Of a stretch of 63,952 nucleotides of DNA, positions 52,074 to 62,153 are shown piece by piece (the first letter of the stretch is position 1; the number at the start of each line of letters is the position of its first letter). Below the pieces are notes generated by a model. That model had not been told where the DNA came from. It did not search any database and saw nothing but the letters and a program-made list of their open reading frames with translations. The position numbers and the translations under genes are program-made. Origin of the DNA: Octopus bimaculoides (taxonomy: Eukaryota); the NCBI RefSeq assembly GCF_001194135.2, contig NC_069006.1, positions 16,741,512 through 16,805,463 of the forward strand, written 5' to 3'.

Positions 52074-55000
52074 ATGGGCTTCTTTCAGTTTCTATCTACC
52101 AAATCTACTTGCAAGGATTTCATCAGCAAGGGAATAGTAAAAGACACTTAGTGCTGCACATTAAGACTGAACCCAAAGCCACACAGTCATGCCTATATAT
52201 ATATATATATATATATATATGACAAACAGAGAGACTGATAGACAGAAACACACACACATGTATATATGTGTGTATGTACAGACATCACCAACTTCATCTA
52301 CCAGGGCAGCGTTATTTCTACAGAGGGGAATACTAAAGTAGATGTCAACTCCAAAATCAGATGTGAAACAGCAGTGTCCCCACGAATGAATAAAACCAGG
52401 GTCAGTACTTCAATTAGCAGCCAAATGAAAATCTTGCTCTACCAGAGCACTGTCCTGCCAACAGCAGTCTACAGAAGAGAAACTTGGAAACAACTGCCAA
52501 GATCACTCAGAGGTGGAATGCATCCTCCAATGGTATCTAATCAGAATACTCAAGAACATCCATAGCATCCTGAGAAAAGCCAATATGAACAGCCGGCAGG
52601 AGACTGTGGCAGAAGGAAGAGTGAGACTTGCAGGTCATGTTTTCTGACTGCCAGAAGAAAGAATACCCAAGACATTATACAATGGGTACCACTAGAAAGA
52701 CAAAGGAAGAGAGTGAGACCTAAGAAGACATAATCTACCATCTTCAAGGAAGATCTGAGGCAACTACCACCACACAACACACAACACAACTACACACAAC
52801 ACAGCTACACACACCACCACAACACAATTACCACCAGTACCACACACCTTGTTCAACTCACCTGATCCAACAGAACTACTCTCTATATATTCAGAGACAA
52901 TGTTTTCTTCACTATCAAAGAAATGTTGCCTCTTATCAAGAGAGTGACTACAATGGGTATAGCCTTCTTGTACTCTTATGTCCTGAAGTTTTGCTGCCAC
53001 TGTAACTGCAGCTGCTGTTGTTGATGTTGCTGTCACTTGTGTCAATCTGGAGAGTTTGGGGTTATCACAACTAAATTCCAATACAGGTTTATCAAAGAAA
53101 CTATGTTCTCCTCTTCTGGCACTTGAAGTCATGACTCTATTGTTATTGATGTTATTCTTGCCTATTTTGGTACTGTGTTCTCTTCCAGTATGATTGAAGA
53201 CACATCTTTTCAGTCTGACAGACTTGGACAACTTCTGAAAGATCTCTGCCTCTTTCAGGGCCCCTTCAATACTGTTTCCTCTGAATATGCTTTTACGACC
53301 CTTATTTTTAGGCATATACTTCTGTTTGACAATGTAATAAAATAAGTTATAAATACAAATATAATATAAATACAAATATAAGAAGAGAAATTACATATTG
53401 TTTGCTCATATAGTCACAAGACGAGAAATTTAGATGCAGGATCATTTGTCTATTGAACTGACTTCAGTACTAGTGTTTCGTTTTGTAGAACATGGAAGAC
53501 TGAAAGCACAGTGGACCTCAGTATGTGAAGAATTGGAGCAAATAAAGCAAGGCATTTTGGCAGACACTTTAGCAATTTAACCAATCCAATGCTTTTATAA
53601 CAAGTCACAGGTATATATAAATATGATAAAATAAAATGACACAGTTCTATATTTAAGAGATGAGGAATTATGTAGCCTGACTGGCCTTCGTAGGGTTTTC
53701 GAGCGAGATCGTTGCCAGTGCCCCCTGGACTGGCTTTTGTGCGAGTGGCACATAAAAGACACCATTTCGAGCGTGGCCGTTGCCATAACCGCCTGACTGG
53801 CCTTCGTGCGGGTGACACGTAAAAGTACCCACTACACTCTGAGTGGTTGGCGTTAGGAAGGGCATCCAGCTGTAGAAACTCTGCCAAATTAGATTGGAGG
53901 CTGGTGTTGCCATCCGGTTTCACCAGTCCTCAGTCAAATCGTCCAACCCATGCTAGCATGGAAAGCGGACGTTAAACGATGATGATGATGATGATGATTT
54001 ACATTTGATGGATATTTGTCCTCATCTTGGCGTAGTGATTAAGAGCGCGGGCTACTAAACCCAAGATTCTGAGTTCGGTTCCAGGCAGTGACCTGGGCGG
54101 TGGCAGCAGCGACGATGACGACATCGAAAAATACCTTAGGAATGAGAACCCAGGTTCAAAATTTCCCCAAGATACCTGATGAAGGCTGAAGGGTATATCA
54201 GCCGAAATGTTGTGTTAGCAACAAACAAGATGAGGACAAATATCCGTCAAATGTAAATAATGTAAAATAAAATGATTTCTAAGAATGGCACACGGGGTAC
54301 TTAGTCAATTCTATCAATCCTACAACTTTGTTGGTACTTCATTTTATCAACCTCAGAAGTTTTTATTCAATTTAAATATAACAAAATATAATATTATATA
54401 GAATATAACAAAACATGGTTGAGAAGCAAACATAACCATCCCTGAAACTATAACGTGTGTGTGTGTGTGTGTACACAAATAATAGGTCAGTGTAAGCATT
54501 AAAATATATATTATAAAACCAATGAACAAAAAATTTCATCATCATCATCACCATTTAGCATCTATTGTCCATGTTGGCATAAGTTGGACAGTTTAACCAA
54601 GGCTGGTAGGCTGAGGGGCTGCATCAGACACTAGTCTTATTTGGTATGGCTTCTATGGCTGGATGCCCTTCCTAATGCCAACCACTCAGAGTGCAATGGA
54701 TGTTTTTACGTGCTACTGGCATGGGTGTCAGTTTGCATGACACCAATATCTGCCATGCCTAAGATTTTACATGGCTTGATAGGTCTTCTTCTCATAGTAT
54801 ATTGCTAAATGTCTTGGTCTTTTGTCATTGCCTCCGTGAAGCCCAGCACTCAGGTGCTTTTTACATGCCACTGACCACAACTATGATTTCACTTAGGTTG
54901 ATGGGTCTTCTCAAGCATGGCATATCGCCAGAGGTCTCGGTCACTAGTCATTGCCTCCGTGAGGCCCAACATTTCAAGATCATGCTTCACCACCTCATCT

Positions 55001-58000
55001 CATGTCTTCTTGGTCTCCCTCTTCCACAGCTTCCTTCCACTGGTAGAGATCAGCATCAGCACTTCTTCACACAACTGTCTACATCCATATGCATCACATG
55101 ACCATACCAACAGTTGTCTCTCTCTTGTACATTACATCTGATACCTTTTATGCCCAGCTTTTTCTCTAAAGACGCTTATACTGTCGAACATGCCCAATGA
55201 CATTGCACATCCAGCGAAGCAAACTAGCTTCATTTCTTTCAAGCCTGTGCATGCCCTCAGTAGTCACAGCCTATGTTCCACTGCCATGTAACATGGCTGT
55301 TCTCACACAGGCATCATACAATCTGCCTTTCTCTCTGAGAGAAAGGCCCTTTGTTACCAACAGAAGTAGGAGCTCTCTGAACTTTGCCCAACCTATTCAT
55401 ATTCTAGCAGCTATGCTCTTTGAGCATCCACTTCTACTACTGACTTGGTGACCTAGATAATGGAAGCTATCAACTACTTCTAGCTTTCCCCCTTGGCATT
55501 TGATGAAGTCTATTTTCTACCACACATAGAAACTATTTTCCCTGTTAACCTTCCTCTGGTATTGCTGCACCTCTCATGTATCCATTGCTTACAGCAGGTA
55601 CATTTTATGGAATTTCTACTTATGCCTTTCCTACAGATTGAGCAGGTCCATCTACCTGAAGGGGTTTGTGATTTGTTTGCCTTCCTACTTGCTAAGAATT
55701 TGGTTTTTGATAGGTTAACTATAAGGCCCTTCAACTCTAGACCTTGGTTCCACACCTGAAACTTCTCTAGTTCTGGAAGTGATTCAACTATAAGAACAAG
55801 GTTGTCAGATAGAAGCTTCCAGGGACAACCTGTCTTGAAATCCTCTGTTATTGCCAGGAGGACTATGATGAACAAGAGGGGGCTGAAGATTAAACACCTA
55901 CTTGTACTCTGAATTCTTCACTATACTCATTACCAACCCTCACTTTGCTGACAGCATCCCTGTACATGATTTGTACAGCTCTCACCAACCATTTGTCTAT
56001 CCCTAGTTTCCACACTGACCACCAGATTAGGGATCAGAGCTTTCTCCATGCCAACAAAAGCCAAGTACAGAAGTTTGTCTTTGGCTATGTATTTCTCCTG
56101 TAGCTGCCTTACCAGAAATATAGCATTAATGGTACTTTCTCCTTGGCACAAAAGCAAACTGCATCTCATTTAGACTAACTCTCTCTCTCTAATTAGTTCA
56201 GTTATGACCCTCTCCATGACTTTCATCATGTGATCCAACAATTTCAAATTTTGTGTCACCTTAACACTTAAATGGAGTCTTGACTTTTTAAATGCTAGTC
56301 CTTCATTGGAAGTTTATAGAAATAAAAGAGGAGACTGAAAGAGAAAGTGGCTGGAAAAAGATAAAAAGAACATCTTCCAACCTGAATCTTAACCCCCTCT
56401 CTTTTTCTACTGAAGAGAGAAGAAAGGCATATAAATATTATGGTAAGATAAGAAAAGTCTGATCTTTGTTTGCAAACAAAAATGAACAACTGCAGACATA
56501 GTCTACTCAACTTTCATTGATCAGTTTAGCAAAGACTTTTACTTAGAGAAAACAAATGACAAATAATTTTGAGCCAATATAATTTGAATAAATAATAAAA
56601 AATTATGGGAGCTAAAGAAAATAACTCAAATGTCTTCCTTATTGTTGTATTGTTGTTACTGTTGTTTTTCTTACCTTTGAAACTAGTGATAGAGGGTTGC
56701 TATCTAACAAGTCAATACAGCTGCTTGAAATCCAAGCATGAGAGCGAGGTGTGCCCAAGAACTCCACATGGTAACTGTCTACAACAATCTCTTCCACTTC
56801 CTGGTGTTTTCTTTGCTCTTCTTCCTGGTACTCAACGTATCCGTTACAGAATGGATCAAAGCTTACAACAGCTGGCCACCTGAAATAATTATCCAGAATA
56901 AGAAAAGTTTTCATCCTTGCACTCCATCAACTAGCACAGCTATCACTTCACAAAAGTCTTTTCAATAAACTTCAGTCCCATTTTGATAAATTCAAGTTCC
57001 ACTTCAATAAATATGAGTCAGTTCAATAAACTAGTGTCTGTCATAATGGTGAACAGGAACACCACTTCAATAAAGAAAGCACCATTTCAATGAATGTGAG
57101 TGCCCCAATTTGATAAACTTGAGTGCCACTCCAAAAAACATAAATGTCAACTTCTGAGTATCAGTAAGTACTCCAGTTGTACAGACACATCCACACTCAA
57201 ATGTACACAAAATGTTGCAAATACAGATAGATAAACAGCAAACACAAAAATTGGATACACCTATAGAAACAGTAAACAAATGTAGAAAATGGATTATTTA
57301 GAAGCAAGAACTATTAAGTAATTTGAAGTAGTGCTTTGTCCAGTATCTGCACTAAAGTAATAAGAAGCACATTGTTTACAAAGTACATTTTACAATTTTT
57401 ACGATGTTTATAGCCTTATTTTAAACTTTTTATTTTATTGTTAATATAATTCATTAAGAGAGTATTGTAGTTCGCTTGAAGCATTGTGTATTGTTTGTAA
57501 AGAATAAAAGTTTAGAATGGTACAACAATGCACTATAAAACAAGAAATGAACTATATACCTGTTGTAATTTGGTTATCTATAGTCCTATGATATTTCGGA
57601 ATTACAATTCCTTCTTCAGAAGTTTATAGCAGAGACTCCAGCCAAGAAGATCTGAAGAAGGAATTGTAATTCCGAAATATCATCGGACTATAGATAACCA
57701 AATTACAACAGGTATATAGTCCATTTCTTATTTTATAGTGCATTATAGTGCATAATAATCTGGATCTCAGTTCATCCTTCATGTTGCAGCTAGATTTGTT
57801 AGCCTCTTGTTTCATCACAACCCCTACCACCCTCCAGCAGATAACAGGATTGTGAGACAAACGTCACACATGAAATATCATCATCATCATCTAACGTCCG
57901 TTTTCCATGCTGGCATGGGTTGGACGGTTTGACTGAGGTCTGGAGAGCCAGATGGCTGTACCAGGCTCCAATCTGATCTGGCAGAGTTTCTACAGCTGGA

Positions 58001-60170
58001 TGCCCGTCCTAACGCCAACCATGCCAAGAGTGTAGTGGGTGCTTTTTATGTGCCACCAGCACAGGAGCCAGTCTGGCAGGCCTGGCATTGATCACATTCA
58101 GAGAGTGCTTTTTACATGCCACCAGCACAAATGTGTATAAATGTGTATGTGTGTGTGTGTGTGTGTGCATGATATATAATACATTTTAAACCTTACCAAC
58201 AGTAGCCTGCCATGATGGCCATTACCAAATCTCCTGGGGTTAAATATGGATATACAAACACCACTCCCTTTTTCCACATAGTTTTCTCAATGGATTCAAA
58301 ATTATCTTCTTCGATATTGCAGTTATTCTTTGCCTGATCTTTGTTGAATTGGCAAATCCACTTCTTGTCATCATCACACCATCCATGAACTTCCTGTTTG
58401 GTTACAGATCTCCATTTTAAGCAGCTATCACATTGGATCCAAGACATTCCTATCATCTGGGTTGGTAAATGACAAACAGAGATGACGGTTAATTAGTGAC
58501 ATAAATGATGGTGTTGGTGGAGGATGTGTTAGTGATAATGGGGATGGGAACAATGGTTGTATGTGAAGGTAGTAGTGCCGTTATAATTGTTGTTGTTAGT
58601 GGTGGTGGAACAACATTAATACATATTTCATCAAACATACCCCTTTTTCTTCAGACCCTTTCAGGGATAATTGTCTTCTCAGTTTTAATTTAGAACCTTT
58701 ATCATCCTTCCTTGACTTTTTGACAGTTGGAGCATCACTCCAAGCCACATTTTTCCTTGATTTTTCAGCAGCAGAACGCAAATTAAGAATCTGTTCCTGG
58801 AGCTCATTGTTGAGGTTTTCAAATAAATATGGACTATTCAAGACTTGTTTCATGAAAGAAGAAAAAAAGAGATAATAAAAATGATTAGTCCAAGGGTAGT
58901 ACAAGGGAGGGGTGTTTAGTCATTTTATATTAAACACCACCTCAGTATCTGACTGGTGTTTATTGTATTGACCATAGGATCCCCAAAAAAGGGTGAAGGA
59001 TAAAAAGGTGATGTTGATTTGAACTTAAAACATGACAGAAAGAATGTAACTAAATGCTGTAATGTCTTCTTCTTTCTTCTTTTGACCTTTCAAAGCCTAG
59101 CCAGGCTCATGGGCCCGGTTTCCCGGTTTCTATGGCGTATGTGTTCCCCCCAGCTGGACGGGACGCCAGTCCATCGCAGCGTTACTCAAGAAAGAGGAAG
59201 AAAGAGAGAAAGTTGGGGCGAAAGAGTACAACAAGGGTCGCCACCCCCGTCCCCTGCCGGAGCCTCGTGGAGTTTAGGTGTTTTCGCTCAATAAACACTC
59301 ACAACGCCCTGTCTGGGAATCGAAACCGCAATCCTCCGACCGCGAGTCTGCTGCCCTAACCACTGGGCCATTGCGCCTCCACTCAAATGCTGTAATGTAT
59401 TTAGTGCAATTCTTTACTGTTTATATTAGTACTCAGCCCCCCTCTCTCTCTCCCTCTACCTACACCTCCTTCTTTCTCTACTCTTGCTCTCCCTCCTCCT
59501 TTCTCTACTCTTGCTCTCTCTTTCCCTTTCTCTATGTTTCTAAATTTTCTCTCTTCCACTACTTTTCCTCAGATGATCAACTTTCATTCTATAAATAATT
59601 TGTCTGTTAATTCACTCATCTCTTGCTCTGGCTATCCATGCCTCTGTTTAGAATCAACTGTTTCTATAATCTCTCGTTTCATTTATTAGGAAGCTGAAAA
59701 CATTTACTCCTTAAAATATTGCATCTAGAGAAACTTCTAAAATATTGTATCTAGAGGAAGTGAAAGGGTCTCTTTCTTTTTTAACATAGAACATTGATTT
59801 ATTAGATCTATTTTTCAATACTGAATGTTATTGTTGACTAATTAAAGTTAGATTAGGAAAACAAAGAATATTTTCATGCAACATCAGACGCTCACTGTGA
59901 TGAAATAAACCTTCAGGCTGTAGTTTGTGATATAAAAGTGTTTTTATTTTTTCTTTAAACACTTAAGTATTAATATTAATTAACATAAATCTGGAACTAG
60001 GCGTAGGAGTGGCTGTGTGGTAAGTAGCTTGCTTACCAACCACATGGTTCCGGGTTCAGTCCCACTGCGTGGCATCTTAGGCAAGTGTCTTCTACTATAG
60101 CCTCGGGCCGACCAAAGCCTTGTGAGTGGATTTGGTAGACGGAAACTGAAAGAAGCCCGTCGTATATATG

Positions 60171-60203
<33 letters not shown>

Positions 60204-60499
60204 TTGTCCCCCCCCCCAACATCACTTGACAACCGATGGTGTGTTTACGTCCCTGTATCTTAGCGGTTCAGCAAAAGAGACTGATAGAATAAGTACCAGG
60301 CTTACAAAGAATAAGTCCTGGGGGTCTCGACTAAAGGCGGTGCTCCAGCATGGCCACAGTCAAATGACTGAAACAAGTAAAAGAGTAAAAGAGTAACTAA
60401 CTTAATTTTTCTTTTTGTTTAATGCCTAGTCAAGGGAGGAAGTATTACAGACTTACCTGTTTTCTTCCAAGATCGAGTGACAATTTTCTTAAGGTCCAT
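42564..60499 (-). CDS. ZCWPW2: Zinc finger CW-type PWWP domain protein (ZCWPW1/2 family, closer to ZCWPW2): complement join(60457-60499,58641-58843,58197-58456,56675-56879,52862-53321,47123-47305,45582-45659,44939-45082,42564-42739), 1752 nt, 583 aa
   Basis: zf-CW WIQCDSCLKWR...WICQFNKDQAKNNCNIEEDNF is followed by PWWP PGDLVMAIMAGYCW|WPAVV...YHVEFLGTPRSHAWI and GALKEAE...VRL. All nine exons join in phase. The start codon and the assignment to paralogue 1 or 2 are uncertain. Confidence 0.82.
42775..43560. repeat. Compound (AGAT)/(AG)/GATACGTAGAAA satellite with a higher-order duplication of about 274 bp
   Basis: Recurring 18- and 24-nt units; the diagnostic variant CAGATAAAGA occurs at 43151 and 43425. 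Confidence 0.92.
43796..44090. mobile_element. 295-bp TGT...ACA element with 26-bp perfect TIRs and 5-bp TSD (Ginger-like MITE or solo-LTR-like)
   Basis: TIR TGTGGTGTTATGGGCTGTGATGAGCT at both ends; TSD AGCAC at 43791-43795 and 44091-44095. Confidence 0.8.
44240..44740 (+). mobile_element. R4/Dong-type non-LTR retrotransposon remnant (CCHC and REL endonuclease region)
   Basis: Decayed KLAQK.YK.RHDNVA, ELC.KY, ENDKGKIL, DHEIKH.K.DI.VV and IA.P.D...EKE motifs across frames. Confidence 0.65.
44939..45082 (-). CDS. ZCWPW2: ZCWPW-like coding exon 8
   Basis: ctttcag| EIFQETEKKVGANLRDYTDPSSYYTPDSDYQILLGDITSIENFTTHYT |gtgaga; open frame, phase 1 to 1; absent from the ORF track. Confidence 0.7.
45582..45659 (-). 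CDS. ZCWPW2: ZCWPW-like coding exon 7
   Basis: gttacag| DISDTPAIFEHFKLVDQYNTSYQFEY |gtaagt. Confidence 0.72.
47123..47305 (-). CDS. ZCWPW2: ZCWPW-like coding exon 6
   Basis: gtcag| AIITSTFTTSIIRNLLAYEIYK...KYSALD |gtaagg; phase 1 to 1. Confidence 0.7.
47693..48031 (+). mobile_element. tRNA-derived SINE with 11-bp TSD and a 3' internal deletion
   Basis: TSD ACTATGTAACT at 47682-47692 and 48032-48042. Confidence 0.9.
48533..48621 (+). ncRNA. Putative type I hammerhead ribozyme with extended stem I, inside a short Penelope-like repeat (about 48530-48760)
   Basis: cggacg-CCGACGA-AGGG-aaataa-CCCT-GAAA-TCCGGA-TC^-cgttcg, with outer pairings cagcg/tgctg and ctctcaccaa/ttggtgagag. Confidence 0.6.
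49906..50128. mobile_element. piggyBac-type MITE nested in a SINE
   Basis: TTAA|CCCTTTTGATACC ... GGTAACGAAAGGG|TTAA. Confidence 0.85.
51858..52042. repeat. Near-perfect palindrome (arms about 80 bp, 27-nt loop), MITE-like, adjoining (TA)n
   Basis: One mismatch between the arms (gggactctaag versus gggacgctaag). Confidence 0.9.
52270..52765 (+). mobile_element. RTE/BovB-type LINE 3' fragment
   Basis: F.Y.GSVIS..GN...DVNS.I, KILLYQS.VLPT..Y..ETW and R.AGHV motifs; decayed. Confidence 0.7.
52862..53321 (-). CDS. ZCWPW2: ZCWPW-like coding exon 5
   Basis: aaacag| KYMPKNKGRKSIFRGNSIEGALKEAEIFQKLSKSVRLKRCVF...VGS |GTGAGT, phase 1. Confidence 0.85.
53675..53997 (+). mobile_element. RTE-tailed SINE copy
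   Basis: Family core and (GAT)n tail. Confidence 0.88.
54029..54265 (+). mobile_element. tRNA-headed SINE carrying a minimal hammerhead ribozyme motif (54171-54216)
   Basis: A-box ggcgtagtgattaag, B-box gagttcggttcc; tail gatac-CTGATGA-A-GGCTGA-agggtata-TCAGCC-GAAAT-GTT-gtgtt. Confidence 0.75.
54540..56250 (-). mobile_element. Decayed RTE LINE 3' half
   Basis: GESTINAIFLVRQLQEKY.AK.K.LYLAFV.MEKA and LPELEKFQVW...LKGL.VNLSKTK; 3' tail near 54540. Confidence 0.85.
56675..56879 (-). CDS. ZCWPW2: ZCWPW-like coding exon 4 (PWWP)
   Basis: tttcag| (W)WPAVVSFDPFC...YHVEFLGTPRSHAWISSSCIDLL...VSK |gtaaga. Confidence 0.92.
57527..57744. repeat. Palindrome (94-bp arms, 30-nt loop) of a hammerhead-bearing element, in a ZCWPW intron
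   Basis: 57527-57620 pairs with 57651-57744 with about three mismatches. Confidence 0.92.
57886..58130 (-). mobile_element. RTE-tailed SINE, divergent subfamily
   Basis: catcatcatc tail and the ctacagctggatgccc..cctaacgccaacc core. Confidence 0.8.
58197..58456 (-). CDS. ZCWPW2: ZCWPW-like coding exon 3 (zf-CW and start of PWWP)
   Basis: cccag| MIGMSWIQCDSCLKWR...GYC(W) |gtaagg; four Cys ligands present. Confidence 0.92.
58641..58843 (-). CDS. ZCWPW2: ZCWPW-like coding exon 2
   Basis: VLNSPYLFENLNNELQEQILNLRS...KGSEEKG |gtatgt; the acceptor is aaacaAG. Confidence 0.7.
59066..59384 (-). mobile_element. tRNA-derived SINE with the same head as the 27371 family but a different 3' module; 14-bp TSD
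   Basis: TSD AAATGCTGTAATGT at 59052-59065 and 59385-59398; the 3' part has GCTGCGATGGACTGGCGTCCCGTCCAG. Confidence 0.9.
60000..60396 (+). mobile_element. Full-length tRNA-derived SINE (GGAGTGGCTGTGTGGTAAG family)
   Basis: tRNA-like head, ttaggcaagtgtcttctactatagcc core, internal (TA)/(TG) tract, tail aagtaaaagag. Confidence 0.88.
60457..60499 (-). CDS. ZCWPW2: ZCWPW-like coding exon 1 (putative start)
   Basis: MDLKKIVTRSWKKT then CAG|GTAAGT, phase 1. The exon acceptor is at 60539 and the frame stays open upstream of the ATG. Confidence 0.6.
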
Positions 60500-61574
60500 A
60501 TGGTCACAGCTCACTGTACTATAATATCCTGACTGATCTCTGCACAGAAATTGAGTGAAATATTAAGATATCATCATTGTCATTATCGTCACTGACATCA
60601 GATTCACCACCATCATCACTACTATCATCACCATCCTCCAGTTTAACACTACCACCTGGATGCCTTTAATAGAGCACACTACAGTATTAGAGATAATTTG
60701 TGATGCTGTCAGTTCCTGCACCAGCACAGGCGGGTAGCCGCTAGAGCAGCAAAAACAACAGCCAAACGAAAGTTCCGTCAGCTTTATGGTGTATCCTCAG
60801 ATTTGTTTCCGACATATATGATTTCATGTGGCAGAAGAGGTACCACAATATTGAAAACATTTGAAAATTTACTCGTTCACATAGCTGAGCAATATAAATT
60901 TCAAATTCATAACAAACATTTATGCAGTGACACTTTGTTTTACATCTATTACACTAATTTTTTTTCGTTTTTGAGCTCAGGGTCAAACGCTTTACTTTGA
61001 CCAGAAATAGTAGGGATCACACGGTTATAATTCCTAAGGCTTATAGGGTATCAAAAGCAGCCATCCCAACCAATTCATCTCTGATTTTTTTCAGATTATG
61101 CTAATAATGGTACATTTTACCTGTTTCTGTCACTGAACTGTGGCCATGCGGAGGCACCAACTTTTAGTCGAAAATAAACCTAAGGGTTTATTTTTTTTAA
61201 AGACCGGCACTTCAGGTCAGGAGGAATAACTTCCAGAAATAGTTAAGTTCTCCAACAAAGAACAGATGCAACCAGTGAAAATTTTAAAAATAGTTCAAGG
61301 ATTCTCCATTTGAGTATCCCGAGTGAGCATATGCACACAACCACATATACATATGGAATATATGTACGTACACTCATATAAAAAAATAGTAATGCAACAT
61401 TGTTCTCTCATGACATGCACACCTAGGACTACAATGTATCAATCAATTCAGATAAGAACAAACACTAAGAGCTGTTTTCATTTAAACAAAACAGTCTTGC
61501 AACTTTGTTAGTGACTGACTTCAATATTGCAAAAGGGAAAACTTGAAATAAATTCAAAAGAAACATATTATATG

Positions 61575-62066
61575 CGCAGGAGTGGCTGTGTGGTAAGAAG
61601 CATGGTTCCGCGTTCAGTCCCACTGCGTGGCACCTTAGGCAAGTGTCTTCTTCTACTATATAGCCTTGGGCCAACCAAAGTCTTGTGAGTGGATTTGGTA
61701 AACGGAAACTGAAAGAAGTCCATCATATATGTATATATATATATACTCTTTTCCTCTTTTACTTGTTTCAGTCATTTGACTGTGGCCATGCTGGAGCACC
61801 GCCTTTTAGTCGAGCAAATCGACCCCAGGACTTATTCTTTGTAAGCCTAGTACTTATTCTATCAGTCTTTTTTGCCGAACCGCTAAGTTACGGGGACGCA
61901 AACACACCAGCATCGGTTGTCAAGCGATGTTTGGTGGGGGGGTGACAAACACAGACACACAAACATATACACACACATACATATATATATATACATATAT
62001 ACGACGGGCTTCTTTCAGTTTCCGTCTACCAAATCCACTCACAAGGCTTTGGTTGGCCCTAGGCTA
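61575..62066. mobile_element. Two adjacent, oppositely oriented partial copies of the 60000 SINE family
   Basis: 61575-61745 is the 5' half on plus; 61750-62066 is the 3' two-thirds on minus. The overlapping core forms an inverted repeat of about 80 bp. Confidence 0.85.
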
Positions 62067-62077
62067 CATATATATAC

Positions 62078-62153
<76 letters not shown>

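Noticed and set aside
61100-61140. Donor-like CAG|GTAAAA on the minus strand as an upstream ZCWPW exon
   Set aside because: It matches the 3' tail of the SINE family (…gacagaaacaggtaaaa).
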